From positions 1,248,001 through 1,312,000 of the forward strand of contig OY843584.1 in assembly GCA_963692915.1 (NCBI GenBank): 64,000 nucleotides of DNA. The letters are read 5' to 3'. Of the stretch, positions 19,055-29,711 are shown piece after piece; within the stretch, counting starts at the first letter, position 1; every line of letters starts with the position of its first letter. The notes under the pieces are model-generated. The model was not told the origin of the DNA and searched no databases. It saw nothing but the letters and a program-made list of their open reading frames with translations. This DNA comes from Cenarchaeum sp. Its GTDB lineage: Archaea; Thermoproteota; Nitrososphaeria; Nitrososphaerales; Nitrosopumilaceae. Position numbers and translations under genes: made by a program.

Positions 19055-19438
19055 ATGCGCGCACATGAGAACGTCGAGCGCATCCTCGCCAAGGAGATCG
19101 GCCTAGAGGAGATCTGCTCTCGCATGTACGTCCTGATCGCGACGCGCGGCGCAATGGATGCAGCCGGCATGGCCGGCGAGCTTGGCATCGCTGAGGCCGA
19201 CGCGCTCGAGGCGGCGAACGCGCTAGTCTCGCTAGGCGGCTTTATTGACTATGATAACGGCAGGTTTGAGTCGATGCACCCGCGCTTCTCGATCGTAAAC
19301 ATGTACAGAAAGTCATGCATCGCGCGCGGGCAGGAGCCAACGCAAAACAAGACCATCGACAATGCCGGCGCTGCCCTAGAGAGGGACTATGACCATGCAA
19401 GGGCTAAATATGGCGCACGTGGGGGCGAGGCACAGTGA
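19055..19438 (+). CDS. Hypothetical protein with HTH-like region
   Basis: MDAAGMAGELGIAEADALEAANALVSLGG resembles a winged helix; operonic. Confidence 0.7.
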   Translation: MRAHENVERILAKEIGLEEICSRMYVLIATRGAMDAAGMAGELGIAEADALEAANALVSLGGFIDYDNGRFESMHPRFSIVNMYRKSCIARGQEPTQNKTIDNAGAALERDYDHARAKYGARGGEAQ

Positions 19439-19851
19439 GCGGCGAGGCAAGATGCAAGCACCAGCCCGTCTACTATGGCGTGATAAACATCAATGTTGAT
19501 GAGCGCACGATAGGCTCCGTTGACGTGTGGCACTGCCCTGCGTGCAAGGAGCGCTTTTGCGAGGAAAAGCAGCTTGGAATCGAGTCGATATCAGACGAGA
19601 TCGGCATGCCCGAGCTTGGCAGTGGAGAGCGCTGGGCAGTCATAGTCTGCAAGCTCCAAAAGGGGCGTGACAAGTGGCGCCTCGCACGCCTCGCCGAGTC
19701 CGGCCACGTCGGCCACGAGTGCCTCGGCGAAAAGTCCGTGAACCTTGGCGTGCGCGGCCACGTAATCGATGACGATCACCACTGGAGCTTTTTGGTCGAT
19801 GATCACGTCAACAAGGCCGTCGAGATATCAGGCGGGGGTCTTGGATCTTAG
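19435..19851 (+). CDS. Cys-rich hypothetical protein
   Basis: GTGA overlap with previous gene; CKH, CPAC..FC. Confidence 0.75.
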   Translation: MSGEARCKHQPVYYGVININVDERTIGSVDVWHCPACKERFCEEKQLGIESISDEIGMPELGSGERWAVIVCKLQKGRDKWRLARLAESGHVGHECLGEKSVNLGVRGHVIDDDHHWSFLVDDHVNKAVEISGGGLGS

Positions 19852-20122
19852 TGCCCACGTCGACTCTGTCGACGGCACGCAGATGGCCGCAAAGATAACG
19901 GGCACGTTTGAGCTCGGCGGTGTGACGTACGCGTTTGGCGCAATCGCGTTTGGCAGGATCGGTGGACAGAACATCGGTGCGCAACTTGATGAGGCGACGC
20001 AGGACTCGCTTCGCGCCGCAGGCCACGACCCCGAAGAGGTCGCCATGGAGCTCCAGCGCGCCCTCCTGCAGGGTGACATGAGCATACCGGACAATCTCAA
20101 AAAAGAGTCGTTTCTAGACTAG
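19841..20122 (+). CDS. Hypothetical protein
   Basis: TTG start MDLSAHVD; [15 protein letters not shown]. Confidence 0.7.
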   Translation: MDLSAHVDSVDGTQMAAKITGTFELGGVTYAFGAIAFGRIGGQNIGAQLDEATQDSLRAAGHDPEEVAMELQRALLQGDMSIPDNLKKESFLD

Positions 20123-20907
20123 AGCGAGGCCGCATCGAGGGCTGCGGCGCACGCGCATGAGGGCTTGGCCGGAACGGCGCGCACGATCTCGGCGAGCATC
20201 GCGCGCATTGCTGATGCATTAGAGGAGACGACGCGGCCCACCTCGTCGGCGCTCACGGGTCGGTCGGCCCAGACGTCATAGTCTGTGACCATCGAGACGG
20301 ACACGTAGCACATGCGAGCCTCGCGCGCGAGCTGGCACTCGGGAACGAGTGTCATGCCGATAACGTGCGCGCCGCATGAGCGAAAGAGCGATGACTCGGC
20401 GCGCGTCGAAAAGCGCGGACCCTCTATGCAGACATATGTCGCATCCTTGTGCAGTGTCGGGCCGCCTGCCGATGCGGCAGCAGTCGCGCACTCTTGGAGC
20501 TCGGGGCAGAAGGGGTCGGCGACGGATATGTGAATGACGCGTCCAATGTCAGAAAAGGAGCCTGCGCGCGTGCGCGTAAAGTCGATAAACTGCGTCGGCA
20601 GCGCAAAGTCGCCCGGCTTTAGCTCCTCGCGCAGGCTACCGACTGCCGAGGGCGCAATGACCCGGCTCACGCCGAGCTGGCGTAGCGCGTCAATGTTTGC
20701 GCGATAGTTTATCATGTGCGGAGGAATGCTGTGGGACTTGCCGTGGCGCGGGAGGAATGCCGTGCGTCTGCCTGAGAACGTGCCGATGGTTATGGGGCTC
20801 GACGTCTTCCCATAGGGCGTAGTGGGTTCAACCTCAATGGTGTCCTCGATCATCGAGGCATCATACATTCCAGTGCCTCCAATGATCGCAATCTCGGCGG
20901 ACTCCAC
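20119..20907 (-). CDS. mtnP: S-methyl-5'-thioadenosine phosphorylase
   Basis: [40 protein letters not shown]. Confidence 0.95.
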   Translation of the reverse strand: MESAEIAIIGGTGMYDASMIEDTIEVEPTTPYGKTSSPITIGTFSGRRTAFLPRHGKSHSIPPHMINYRANIDALRQLGVSRVIAPSAVGSLREELKPGDFALPTQFIDFTRTRAGSFSDIGRVIHISVADPFCPELQECATAAASAGGPTLHKDATYVCIEGPRFSTRAESSLFRSCGAHVIGMTLVPECQLAREARMCYVSVSMVTDYDVWADRPVSADEVGRVVSSNASAMRAMLAEIVRAVPAKPSCACAAALDAASL

Positions 20908-21419
20908 TAGTAGCGCACCAGCACGTTGACGTCGTACTTTGATATCTTTTTCATTCCTTCAAGGTCGGCAAGCTCAATGATGATCGCAAATCCAGCAACA
21001 CGTCCACCCAGCTTTTCAACGAGGCTTGCAGCCGCTGCTGCCGTGCCGCCTGTTGCGAGAAGGTCATCGCATATAAGGACACGGTCGCCTTTTTTGAGCG
21101 CATTGGTCTGCATCTCCATCTTGTCACGGCCGTACTCGATCTCGTATGAGGCGCTCTTTGTCTTGCCCGGCAGCTTGCCGGCCTTGCGGACCATGACGAT
21201 GCCCTTGCCCATGCGTGATGCTACTGCCGTCGCGACAGGGAACCCGCGAGCCTCGATTCCGGCAACGACGTCGATGTTTCGCGCATTAAAGTGTGCGGCA
21301 AACCCATCGACGGCAAGCGAGAGGGCGTGCGGGTCGCGGAGTAGCGGACCATAGTCGCGAAAGAGTATGCCCTTCTTTGGAAAGTTGGGGTACGAGTCTA
21401 TGCGGTCCTGCAGGTGCAA
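20907..21419 (-). CDS. apt: Adenine phosphoribosyltransferase
   Basis: [37 protein letters not shown]. Confidence 0.96.
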   Translation of the reverse strand: MHLQDRIDSYPNFPKKGILFRDYGPLLRDPHALSLAVDGFAAHFNARNIDVVAGIEARGFPVATAVASRMGKGIVMVRKAGKLPGKTKSASYEIEYGRDKMEMQTNALKKGDRVLICDDLLATGGTAAAAASLVEKLGGRVAGFAIIIELADLEGMKKISKYDVNVLVRY

Positions 21420-21670
21420 CGCGCACGGCTCGAGCCCACCCCGTAAAAACAGTTTGCCGCCCGTGCCCGTCCTGGACGTGCGTGACCCGAGGGGTCATGC
21501 GACAGGCGATCTCGTGCGGAAGACGGCAGCAGGCCAAAATGCCCCCTGGGCGACACGCGGATTGGCTTGGGCTCTAGTCATGGGCACACCCCCCGCTGAC
21601 GTGGCAGGCAGTCAGCGCAGGCGCAGGCACACCAAAAAAACTATAAGGCCTCATATTGGCCACGGCGCGC

Positions 21671-21979
21671 ATGGGCAGAGTTGTCGTAGGCAAAGCATCC
21701 GAGATTCCTCCCGGCGCCCTCAAAAAGGTGCCTGCCGAGGGCGGCGACATTGTCGTGGCCAATGTTGATGGCACGCTCTGTGCGATGGCCGACAAGTGCA
21801 CGCACGCCGGCGCGAGCCTCTCAGAAGGCAAGATAGATGGGGCCAACGTCGTGTGCGGCTGGCATGGCGCGCAGTTCGAGTGCGCCAGCGGCCGCCTCGC
21901 AAAGTTTCCCGCAAAGGTCGCCGACCTAAAGTCGTATCGCGTTTCAGTCGACGGCGATGACGTCGTCGTGGAGGTGTGA
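21671..21979 (+). CDS. Rieske [2Fe-2S] ferredoxin
   Basis: CTH...CGWHG Rieske ligands. Confidence 0.92.
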   Translation: MGRVVVGKASEIPPGALKKVPAEGGDIVVANVDGTLCAMADKCTHAGASLSEGKIDGANVVCGWHGAQFECASGRLAKFPAKVADLKSYRVSVDGDDVVVEV

Positions 21980-21982
21980 CCC

Positions 21983-22252
21983 ATGGCGACAAAGGAGCAG
22001 AACGAGGAATCGCTAAAGAGCGCACTCACGACACTAAGCTCCGTAATGTCTGACCAGTCGGCGCCAAAGACCGTAAAGAAGGGAATATCAGAGCTCGTCA
22101 CCGGTCTAAAGGGCAGTGAGGGCTCGCTTGCGGTTCGTGCGGCAAACGCAATAAGCGCACTTGATGATATTACGCAGGATCCAAACATGCCCTCACATGT
22201 CCGGACAAGGCTCTGGCAGGCAGTCTCGGTCCTAGAGGCCATAAGGGAGTAG
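21983..22252 (+). CDS. UPF0147 family protein
   Basis: VRAANAISALDDITQDPNMPSHVRTRLWQAVS. Confidence 0.92.
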   Translation: MATKEQNEESLKSALTTLSSVMSDQSAPKTVKKGISELVTGLKGSEGSLAVRAANAISALDDITQDPNMPSHVRTRLWQAVSVLEAIRE

Positions 22253-22272
22253 GCCCTGCCGGCAGTGCCGCC

Positions 22273-23055
22273 TTGAAGATCGAGGAGTACATCTCAACGC
22301 TTCCGTCCGGAATAGTCTCAGGCGATGACGTGCAGGCTCCGCCTCATGCGCTTCGCAGGATGCTAACGCTAGCCGGCGCGCGGCGCGGAGACACTGTGAT
22401 GCACCTCGGGTGCGGCGACGGGGCTGGCCTCAGGATTGCGCTCGAGGAGTTTGACGTGGACGCAGCTATCGGCGTCGAGATTGACGCCAAAAAGGCCGAT
22501 GCGGCACGCGCGTCCCTAGAATCGGTTCGCGGCAGGTCTGAGGTCCTATGCGGTGACGCAGTGGGCACAGACGTCTCGCGCGCCGACATTGTCCTCTTTT
22601 GGTTTGCCGACGAGCGCATAGTCGAGGGCCTGCGCGACACGCTCTCCTCGCTGCGCAAGGGCGCGCGCGTCGTGAGCGTGTGGGGCCCGCCGGCCGGATG
22701 CATGCCCGAGCGCGTCGACTTTCCCTTTGTCCTCAGCGTAACGCCGTTCTGCGAGGCGCGAAGCGTGCGCGAGCAGCTCCTAGCGGTTCTAGGCGTGCGG
22801 TGCGTCGACTTTGTCACGGCATGGGAGTACTCGGAGCGCTATACGCGCGCAATAGGGCCTGACGGCAACGAGGGCAACAGGTTTCTCACGATGATGCAGG
22901 CAGTCACGATGTGGATAAGCGCGAAGAACCTCGGTGTGTCATGCACTGCAGAGATGCCCGAGTCGATACGCACGTACATCGGCATACTGCGGACGTACTT
23001 TGGCATAGAAGTCGAGCACCTCCTCGACGCCGACGCGGGCACTAGGAGCCAATGA
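22273..23055 (+). CDS. SAM-dependent methyltransferase
   Basis: HLGCGDG and GVEID class I motifs. Confidence 0.82.
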   Translation: MKIEEYISTLPSGIVSGDDVQAPPHALRRMLTLAGARRGDTVMHLGCGDGAGLRIALEEFDVDAAIGVEIDAKKADAARASLESVRGRSEVLCGDAVGTDVSRADIVLFWFADERIVEGLRDTLSSLRKGARVVSVWGPPAGCMPERVDFPFVLSVTPFCEARSVREQLLAVLGVRCVDFVTAWEYSERYTRAIGPDGNEGNRFLTMMQAVTMWISAKNLGVSCTAEMPESIRTYIGILRTYFGIEVEHLLDADAGTRSQ

Positions 23056-23563
23056 CGTGCTTGGAGTCCGCAGAGGGCACTATGCGCCGCTGCGCGCCGG
23101 CAAACTCGGCGTTGAGCTCCTCGCCGCGTTGCACGCGATCAAGAAATACTGCGAGTGCTGCAATCTCAGAGTGCGGCTGCGCGCCGACTGCGACGTTATA
23201 GTCGGCCGCATCATAGACCTCGCGCGGAACCTTGCCGGCTCCGATGACTATGAGTATTGCCGTCTCGGAGGCTATCTCGGCTACTGCGTCATCGACGCGC
23301 CTACCGTACATTGTCAGGTGTACTATGCGCTCGCCGCGCGATGGCGCATCGGACAGAACCTTGCGCCACGACGGGGTCGGCACTACCTCAAACTCTCCGC
23401 CCCACGAGCGCACAACATCCTCGAGCGTGCGCGGTATCGAGTCGTCAATGTCGCTCATGTATATGCGCCCCGCGCCAAACGCGCGCGCGACTAGGGCCGC
23501 ATGCGTCGTGACGCGGTCATCACGCACGAGCCGCTCGCCGATTCGCAGTACGCTTATCTTCAC
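23042..23563 (-). CDS. tRNA (cytidine56-2'-O)-methyltransferase aTrm56
   Basis: RDDRVTTHAALVARAFGA, VHLTMYG, QPHSEIAALAVFLD. Confidence 0.94.
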   Translation of the reverse strand: MKISVLRIGERLVRDDRVTTHAALVARAFGAGRIYMSDIDDSIPRTLEDVVRSWGGEFEVVPTPSWRKVLSDAPSRGERIVHLTMYGRRVDDAVAEIASETAILIVIGAGKVPREVYDAADYNVAVGAQPHSEIAALAVFLDRVQRGEELNAEFAGAQRRIVPSADSKHVIGS

Positions 23564-24654
23564 GACGCGCCACGTCCCATGACGTCACCGAGGGCCACGC
23601 CGAGCTCGCCGAGCCCGTCATGCGAGAGCGCCGAGACGCGAACCGCCCTTGCGTCCTCGAGTCCGAGGGCCACCTCGAGATCGCCGAGCGTGTCATCATC
23701 GACAAGGTCGGTCTTGTTTAGCGCGACGACCACTCGCGCCGGCTGCACGTCGAGCTCGCCGAGCGTGCGCCGGCATGTTGAGAGCTTGGAGACTGCCAGG
23801 TCTACGGGATCGCTAGCATCAACGACGAGTATGATCGCGTCTGCATGCGTCATCTCCTCGAGGGTAGACCTGAACGCCTCGATCATGTACGTGGGCAGCT
23901 CGCTGATAAAGCCAACCGTGTCCGAGACGAGGTGGGCCGCCCCGTTGATCTCGGCGCGACGAACCGTCGTGGAGAGCGTCGTGAACGGCTCATCGCTACG
24001 CAGGCGATCCTCACCGGTCAGCGCGTTAAAGAGCGTCGTCTTGCCGGCTGACGTGTATCCGGCAAGTGATATGGTGCGCAGGCCGAGGCGCTCGCGCGAC
24101 CTTCGGTGGAGCTCGCGTCGGCGTGCTGCACCGCGCAGGCGGGCACGAACCGACTCCATCCTGTGTCGTATGTCATCATAGTACACGTCAACCCCAAACT
24201 TGCCGATTCCCATGAATCCGGGCTGCTCGCCCATCCTCGCTAGGCGCACGCTCTCCCTTGCGCGCGACATCTCGTAGCGCATCTGCGCAAGTTTCACCTG
24301 CAGGCGAGACTCGTCACTTGACGCACGGAGGCCAAATATCTCCAGTATGAGCGCCTCACGGTCAAGTATGCTCGAGTGAAGGCGCGAGGCGAGGTTGTAG
24401 TTCTGGCTCGGTTTTAGGAGCTCGTCGAGCACGATGACATCAGGGCTCAGGCGGGCGGCGGCCTCCTCGAGGCGCTCGACTGTGCCCTCGCCTATCCCGT
24501 ACTTGGCGCGGCGCGTCGGGCCGCGCTGTATCGTCGTGGCCACGCGGTATCCGGCCGCCTCGCACAGGGAGACGGCCTCCTCGGCCCCGTCACCGTGCGG
24601 GCGCGTGACTAGTATCGCAGACCTCTCGTCCATCGTGCCGGCCCGCAGCCCCAC
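23560..24654 (-). CDS. hflX: GTPase HflX
   Basis: LILEIF, GYTSAGKTTLFN, FTTLST, DTVGFI, FRSTLEE, NKTD. Confidence 0.94.
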   Translation of the reverse strand: MGLRAGTMDERSAILVTRPHGDGAEEAVSLCEAAGYRVATTIQRGPTRRAKYGIGEGTVERLEEAAARLSPDVIVLDELLKPSQNYNLASRLHSSILDREALILEIFGLRASSDESRLQVKLAQMRYEMSRARESVRLARMGEQPGFMGIGKFGVDVYYDDIRHRMESVRARLRGAARRRELHRRSRERLGLRTISLAGYTSAGKTTLFNALTGEDRLRSDEPFTTLSTTVRRAEINGAAHLVSDTVGFISELPTYMIEAFRSTLEEMTHADAIILVVDASDPVDLAVSKLSTCRRTLGELDVQPARVVVALNKTDLVDDDTLGDLEVALGLEDARAVRVSALSHDGLGELGVALGDVMGRGAS

Positions 24655-25701
24655 CTAGGCGCCCCCAAGCGAGGTGGCCTTTTCGATGTTCATGTTGAGA
24701 ACCGTCTCGGCGATGTCACCGGCGTACTCGGAGACGCGCCGAATGTCCTCGGCAACCCTCCTTGCGCGATAGCCCTCCTCGGTGCGCCCGCGCCGCGTCA
24801 GCTCGAGAACCTCCTTTTCGAGCTGCACGAGTCCGGTCGTGTCGACTGTCTGCTCGGCGAGCGCATAGTTGCCAGTAAAGAGTGCCGTGCACGCGTCATC
24901 TAGTGCCGAGGAGGCATGCTCGGCCATCGCGCCAAGCTTGGCTGAGAGTGTCGCGCCGATCGCCGACTTGAACTCTAGTGGGTCGCGCGCAATGGCGACT
25001 GCGTGGTCGCCGGATCGCTCGACGCACTTTACGACAAGGCGGTAGTCGAGGCAGTTGGGCGCGTTGCCTATCCCGAGGTCTCCTAGAACGCCCTCGTCAT
25101 CGACTGCGATCTTTAGCTGCCGTATTATGTAGAATCCAAACCGGTCGACCTCATCATCGGCGCTGATGACCTCGCGCGCAAGTGTTGCGTCATGGGACGC
25201 AACGGCGCTCACGGCGTCAGCTAGCATCGACTTTGAGAGGTGGAGCATGCGCTTGAACGCGCCATTGACCGAGAGAGCAACTGTGTTTACCAGGATCTGT
25301 ATCGTGATCCCGTTGCGCGAGTCCGAGATGATCTCGGCACCGACTAGCCTGCGCCGAACTGTGTCCTTTACGGCCGTGCGCTGCGATGGCCCAAAGGCCG
25401 CCGTCCCGCGCACGACGTGTATTATCGCATATCCGCGCAGGTACAGCGAGATGACCTTGCGCACGATCGACGGCGGTGAGGAGCCCTTTTCAACGCTGAC
25501 GGTGACCTCTGATGCGCCGGCGCCGGCCGAGCCGACGGCCCGCTCGTGGGGGAGTGACACGCGCATTGATGATGCCCCCTGCTTTGTGATGACGACCTGA
25601 TCGCCGCTCTTTATGCCCATCTCCTCGGCCCACTGCTTTGGAAGCGAGACGATGTACGACGAGTTTCCCGTAAATTGGATCTTGCGCGTCTCGCCCTTCA
25701 T
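24655..25701 (-). CDS. AbrB/PhoU-domain phosphate uptake regulator
   Basis: RKIQFTGNSSYIVSLPKQW AbrB-like N-terminus; DDEVDR and ERSGDHA PhoU repeats. Confidence 0.9.
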   Translation of the reverse strand: MKGETRKIQFTGNSSYIVSLPKQWAEEMGIKSGDQVVITKQGASSMRVSLPHERAVGSAGAGASEVTVSVEKGSSPPSIVRKVISLYLRGYAIIHVVRGTAAFGPSQRTAVKDTVRRRLVGAEIISDSRNGITIQILVNTVALSVNGAFKRMLHLSKSMLADAVSAVASHDATLAREVISADDEVDRFGFYIIRQLKIAVDDEGVLGDLGIGNAPNCLDYRLVVKCVERSGDHAVAIARDPLEFKSAIGATLSAKLGAMAEHASSALDDACTALFTGNYALAEQTVDTTGLVQLEKEVLELTRRGRTEEGYRARRVAEDIRRVSEYAGDIAETVLNMNIEKATSLGGA

Positions 25702-25852
25702 CAGGTATATAGGCAGACAGCACTCTATATAGAGTTTCGAGGAATGGTCAGGGCTCGGCGCGGCTGCGCGCAGGAGATGCTTAATAGCCGGACCGGCTCG
25801 TCTTGTGGTCATTGGCGGTGTGCTTTGTGGCAGTGTCACGTGGTGAGGGCGC

Positions 25853-26743
25853 GTGCGCTACCTAGGCATCTCGCACAAAAAGGGCGTGCGCGCAAGGACG
25901 GTCAGGATTCGCGCCGCGGGGGAGACTGCCGAGAGCGTGGCGTACACGGGCGATGCGAAAAACCTGCTTGCAATGATCCCTGACAGGTCCATCAAGCTCA
26001 TAGTCACATCACCACCGTACAATCTCGGAAAGGCCTATGAGAAGAGGAGGAGCATCGGGGACTATGTCGCAGGCCAGGAGGCGATGATAGCTGCGTGCGC
26101 CAAAAAGCTTCGACCAAGCGGATCCATCTGCTGGCAGACGGGAAATTATGTAAAGGACGGGCAGATAGAGCCGCTTGACATACTCCTCTATCCGATCTTT
26201 AGGCGGCTTGGGCTGAGGCTTCGGAACCGCATAGTCTGGCACTTTGGCCATGGCCTCCACTGCTCAAAGCGCCTCTCTGGCCGATACGAGACGATACTCT
26301 GGTTCACAAAGACTGACAAGTACACGTTCAGCCTAAACCCCATTCGCGTGCCGGCCAAATACCCCGGCAAAAAGTACATTCACGGAAGCCGCAGAGGCGA
26401 GCTCTCATGCAACCCGCTGGGGAAAAACCCCACTGATGTCTGGGAGATTCCAAACGTAAAGCACAACCACTGCGAAAAGACTGCCCATCCGGCACAGTTT
26501 CCCGTCGAGCTCGTCGAGCGCCTCGTCCTGTCAATGACGAGGAGGGGCGACTATGTCCTCGATCCCTATATGGGTTCAGGCTCGACGGCAGTGGCCGCGC
26601 TAAAGCACGGGAGGAGCTGCGTGGGTGCCGAGATGGACGCAGAATATTCTGCCATATGGCAGGAGAGGATCAGGCTCTTGGAGCGCGGCGAGCTTGCAAC
26701 GAGGCCAATGGGTCGCCCCATATACGGAACCGTCGCGCAATGA
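25853..26743 (+). CDS. Orphan DNA methyltransferase, beta class, probably N4-cytosine
   Basis: IVTSPPYN, LRNRIVWHFGHGLH, HPAQFP, LDPYMGSGST. Confidence 0.92.
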   Translation: MRYLGISHKKGVRARTVRIRAAGETAESVAYTGDAKNLLAMIPDRSIKLIVTSPPYNLGKAYEKRRSIGDYVAGQEAMIAACAKKLRPSGSICWQTGNYVKDGQIEPLDILLYPIFRRLGLRLRNRIVWHFGHGLHCSKRLSGRYETILWFTKTDKYTFSLNPIRVPAKYPGKKYIHGSRRGELSCNPLGKNPTDVWEIPNVKHNHCEKTAHPAQFPVELVERLVLSMTRRGDYVLDPYMGSGSTAVAALKHGRSCVGAEMDAEYSAIWQERIRLLERGELATRPMGRPIYGTVAQ

Positions 26744-26752
26744 GCCAGCTCG

Positions 26753-27715
26753 TCATGCCGAGAGATGGCGCCATCCCGAGTTGCGGATCGCAATGTTGCC
26801 CGAGTGGCCTGTTGCGCGCACCCCACGGCCGCGCGTGACGCGGCCTATCTCCAGCAAGTCGATACCAAGACCCGCGGCGCGCCGGCGCAGAGCCGCGCGC
26901 GATGACTGCCGGCACGTAAAGACCGTCTCGTACTCTTCGCCGCCATAGAGCACGAGATCCATTGCATCAAGGCCGTTTCGTGCCGCAAACTCGTCCACTC
27001 CGGCGCCGATGGGCAGCGCGTCGATCTCGAGTCCAACGCGACTCTGCGAGGCGATCTCCCAGAGCGTCGCCGCGAGGCCGTCACTAGAGTCCATCGAGGA
27101 CGTGAACGCCGGCGCGCTGCGCACGCAGAACTCTAGCGGCGGTGTTGGGCGCGCAAGTGCCCTGCGCGCCCTGGCCATAAAGCGCGCAGGGCCGACGAGG
27201 CACCGGCGCGACATCGCCACGACGAGACCCGCTGCAGCGTATCCAAAGGGACCGGTGACCATGACTGCATCACCTGCGCGCGCGCCGCCCCTGCGCGGGG
27301 GGCGTGCTGACGCATCACCTAGCATGCATACCGTGATCGACTCGTCAGCTCCCTCGTTCGTGTCACCGCCGATGACCGAGACGCCAAACTCGGCGGCCGC
27401 CGTGGCCAGGCCCGAGGCGAGCTGCCTCACGCGGGCGCGCGGCGTGGCCGGCCGCAGCGTGACTGAGGCCAGGGCCAGGCGTGGCCTCACCCCCTTTGCG
27501 GCAAAGTCGCTCACGCACGAGACGACTGACTTTCTTGCCGCCTCGCGCGCCGTCATGCCCTGTGGCACGTCCGTGCTGGCAACTAGCGTGTCGACCTTTG
27601 CTGCCAGGCGCGCACCGCCCAGGCGCAAGAGCTCGATGTCATCGCCGCTGCCGCCCAGCGCGAGCGCTCGCCGAAACTCGGCTATGACGCCGGCCTCATC
27701 AGGAGCCCTGCGCAT
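26753..27715 (-). CDS. thiL: Thiamine-monophosphate kinase
   Basis: GDD, KVDTLV, SDFAAKG, GGDTN, MDSSDGL, GGEEYE; start MRRAPDE. Confidence 0.92.
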   Translation of the reverse strand: MRRAPDEAGVIAEFRRALALGGSGDDIELLRLGGARLAAKVDTLVASTDVPQGMTAREAARKSVVSCVSDFAAKGVRPRLALASVTLRPATPRARVRQLASGLATAAAEFGVSVIGGDTNEGADESITVCMLGDASARPPRRGGARAGDAVMVTGPFGYAAAGLVVAMSRRCLVGPARFMARARRALARPTPPLEFCVRSAPAFTSSMDSSDGLAATLWEIASQSRVGLEIDALPIGAGVDEFAARNGLDAMDLVLYGGEEYETVFTCRQSSRAALRRRAAGLGIDLLEIGRVTRGRGVRATGHSGNIAIRNSGWRHLSA

Positions 27716-28976
27716 GCCTCTCCACAGCCTCGCTTGCGGCGTGCGCGATCCTGCGCGCACGCTCGGCATTATCAGACTCGACAGAGACGCGCACGGCATC
27801 CTCGGTGTTTGACCCGCGAACCAGGAGCCATGTCGACTCGTCGTCAGTTCCCCTAAAGCCGCCCAGGCCGCCAGTCTCAGAGAACTCGCCGCGCATCTCC
27901 TCTCTGACAGCCTCGACGATGCGCGCGTGCTCTGGGGCGCGTGCACTAACCTTTTGCCGGATGCGATGGAGGCCCGAGACGCCGGCGATCGCCGCATCGA
28001 GCGTGCCGTCAGCTGACATTGATGCGACTATTGCGCCGGCGATCATCCCGTCCCGGCAAGTGTTGAACTCGGGAATGATCAGTCCGGCGCTGCTGCCCTC
28101 GCCTCCGGCGTCGCACGGAGTCGACTCGATCACGTCAACTACGTTGGCCTCACCGACCATTGTCGGATATACGCTCCCTCCAGCATCGCGCACCATTGCG
28201 CCAACTGCGCCACTAGTGTCCTCGCTTATCGCAAAGTTGCGCATTCCGCGTGCAAGCGACCAGGCGACTCCGGCGGCGAGTGTTGCGTCTGGTGGGCATA
28301 TTGTGCCATTGCGCGCAATGACTGCACGATCCCCGTCAAGGTCAAGTGCAACTCCCACGTCGCACTTTTGGCTCGCCTCGGCTAGCGCATCCAGGCGCGC
28401 CGATGTGGGATCCGGCCCGCCGCCAGAGACGACGTCTATGACCGTGCAGCCTACGCCCTCGAGGATGCTGCGCGCCGGTGCGGCCGCCGCGCCGCCACCG
28501 GCATCTAGTGCGACACTAGTGCCGGCAGCCACCCTGCCAAGGAGGCCGATCGCCGCAGTTGCGTATGACGCCTCGAGGTCATCCTCGGTGCCCACGCGGC
28601 CGTGGCTTTTGCCGGCGCGCCCTGTTCGTCCCAGGCTCGAGGCGTCGATGCCCCTCCCGCGCAGCGCAAACTTTAGGCCGTTCCACTCCGGCCCGTTGTG
28701 CGATGCCGTGACGGCAACTCCGGCACCGGCGCTGCGCGACTCGTAGAATATGAGCGGCGTTGGCGCAACGCCCAGGTGGAGCACGTCGAGGCCAGAGGCC
28801 ATCAGGGCCGCAGACGCGGCACGAGTCAGCATTGGGCCGGACTCGCGCGTGTCCATGCCGAGTGCGCATGACGCGCCGGCGGCCACTGCGCCAAATGACT
28901 CGCACAGGGCGGCGACCTCGCCGGGACCCATTCCGTCACCAACAATGCCCCTTGCGCCGGACACGCCCACTCTCAT
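27699..28976 (-). CDS. Phosphomannomutase/phosphoglucomutase family
   Basis: DTRESG, TASHN, DLDGDR, GGEGS, VRGSNTE. Confidence 0.92.
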   Translation of the reverse strand: MRVGVSGARGIVGDGMGPGEVAALCESFGAVAAGASCALGMDTRESGPMLTRAASAALMASGLDVLHLGVAPTPLIFYESRSAGAGVAVTASHNGPEWNGLKFALRGRGIDASSLGRTGRAGKSHGRVGTEDDLEASYATAAIGLLGRVAAGTSVALDAGGGAAAAPARSILEGVGCTVIDVVSGGGPDPTSARLDALAEASQKCDVGVALDLDGDRAVIARNGTICPPDATLAAGVAWSLARGMRNFAISEDTSGAVGAMVRDAGGSVYPTMVGEANVVDVIESTPCDAGGEGSSAGLIIPEFNTCRDGMIAGAIVASMSADGTLDAAIAGVSGLHRIRQKVSARAPEHARIVEAVREEMRGEFSETGGLGGFRGTDDESTWLLVRGSNTEDAVRVSVESDNAERARRIAHAASEAVERHAQGS

Positions 28977-29028
28977 GCGTGGGCAGCCTCAAAGGCTTTT
29001 TATTAACTCTGGTCAGGCACGCGTGTGC

Positions 29029-29102
29029 GCCTCGGTAGCTCAGTCTGGTAGAGCGAGCGCTTCGTAAGCGCTAGGTCGTGGGTTCAGATCCCATTCGGGG
29101 CT
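29029..29102 (+). tRNA. tRNA-Thr(CGT)
   Basis: Acceptor GCCTCGG/TCGGGGC, stem AGCGC/GCGCT with loop TTCGTAA, GGTTCAGATCC. Confidence 0.94.
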
Positions 29103-29525
29103 TTAAAATCAATTCCGGGCGAGGTTATAGTCCTCGATGTCGACCTCGAGCTCTGCGCCGAGATCCTTCCACCATTGTGCTGCCGTATCGCCCATCCTGA
29201 CGCAGGCGCTCAGGCGGGGCCTTTATAGATCTATCGGTGGGTCGCGGATCCGTCCCGTTTTGGCCATGTTTGGCTTTTTTGGCCCTGCGATCACTCGGTT
29301 TTGGGAGTTCGCCGGCTCCACTTGCGGTACATGATGATCCCCAGTGCCCCCAGAGCGCATGACCAAAAGACCGGCCAGCCGGCCGGATCCCGCTGCGCGA
29401 TCAGGCCCAAGTACGCGTATACTGTCCCTGCGATCAGCCCAAAGCCGAGGAGCTCGAGTGCCTTGCCCATGGGGCGCGGGCCAAATCAAAAAGATATATT
29501 GTTTTGGTGCGGCCGCGCGTGCTGT

Positions 29526-29711
29526 ATGGATCGCTACCACATGATAGTCCTCATATTCATGGCCGGCGGGATGGGCATAGCGACGTACAACGCAAACTGG
29601 GTCATGTTCTGGGTCATGGTCGCCGGTGCGGTGGGCATTATCCTCTATAGCTCGTACTCGGAGGGTCGCGAGAGGCGGGCCGAGCGCAGGCGCAAGCGGC
29701 GTGGCCTATAG
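29526..29711 (+). CDS. Small two-TM membrane protein
   Basis: MDRYHMIVLIF...; two TM segments and Arg-rich tail. Confidence 0.65.
   Translation: MDRYHMIVLIFMAGGMGIATYNANWVMFWVMVAGAVGIILYSSYSEGRERRAERRRKRRGL

Noticed and set aside
29103-29340. Possible small ORFs after tRNA-Thr
   Set aside because: Only short fragments without recognisable motifs or a consistent start
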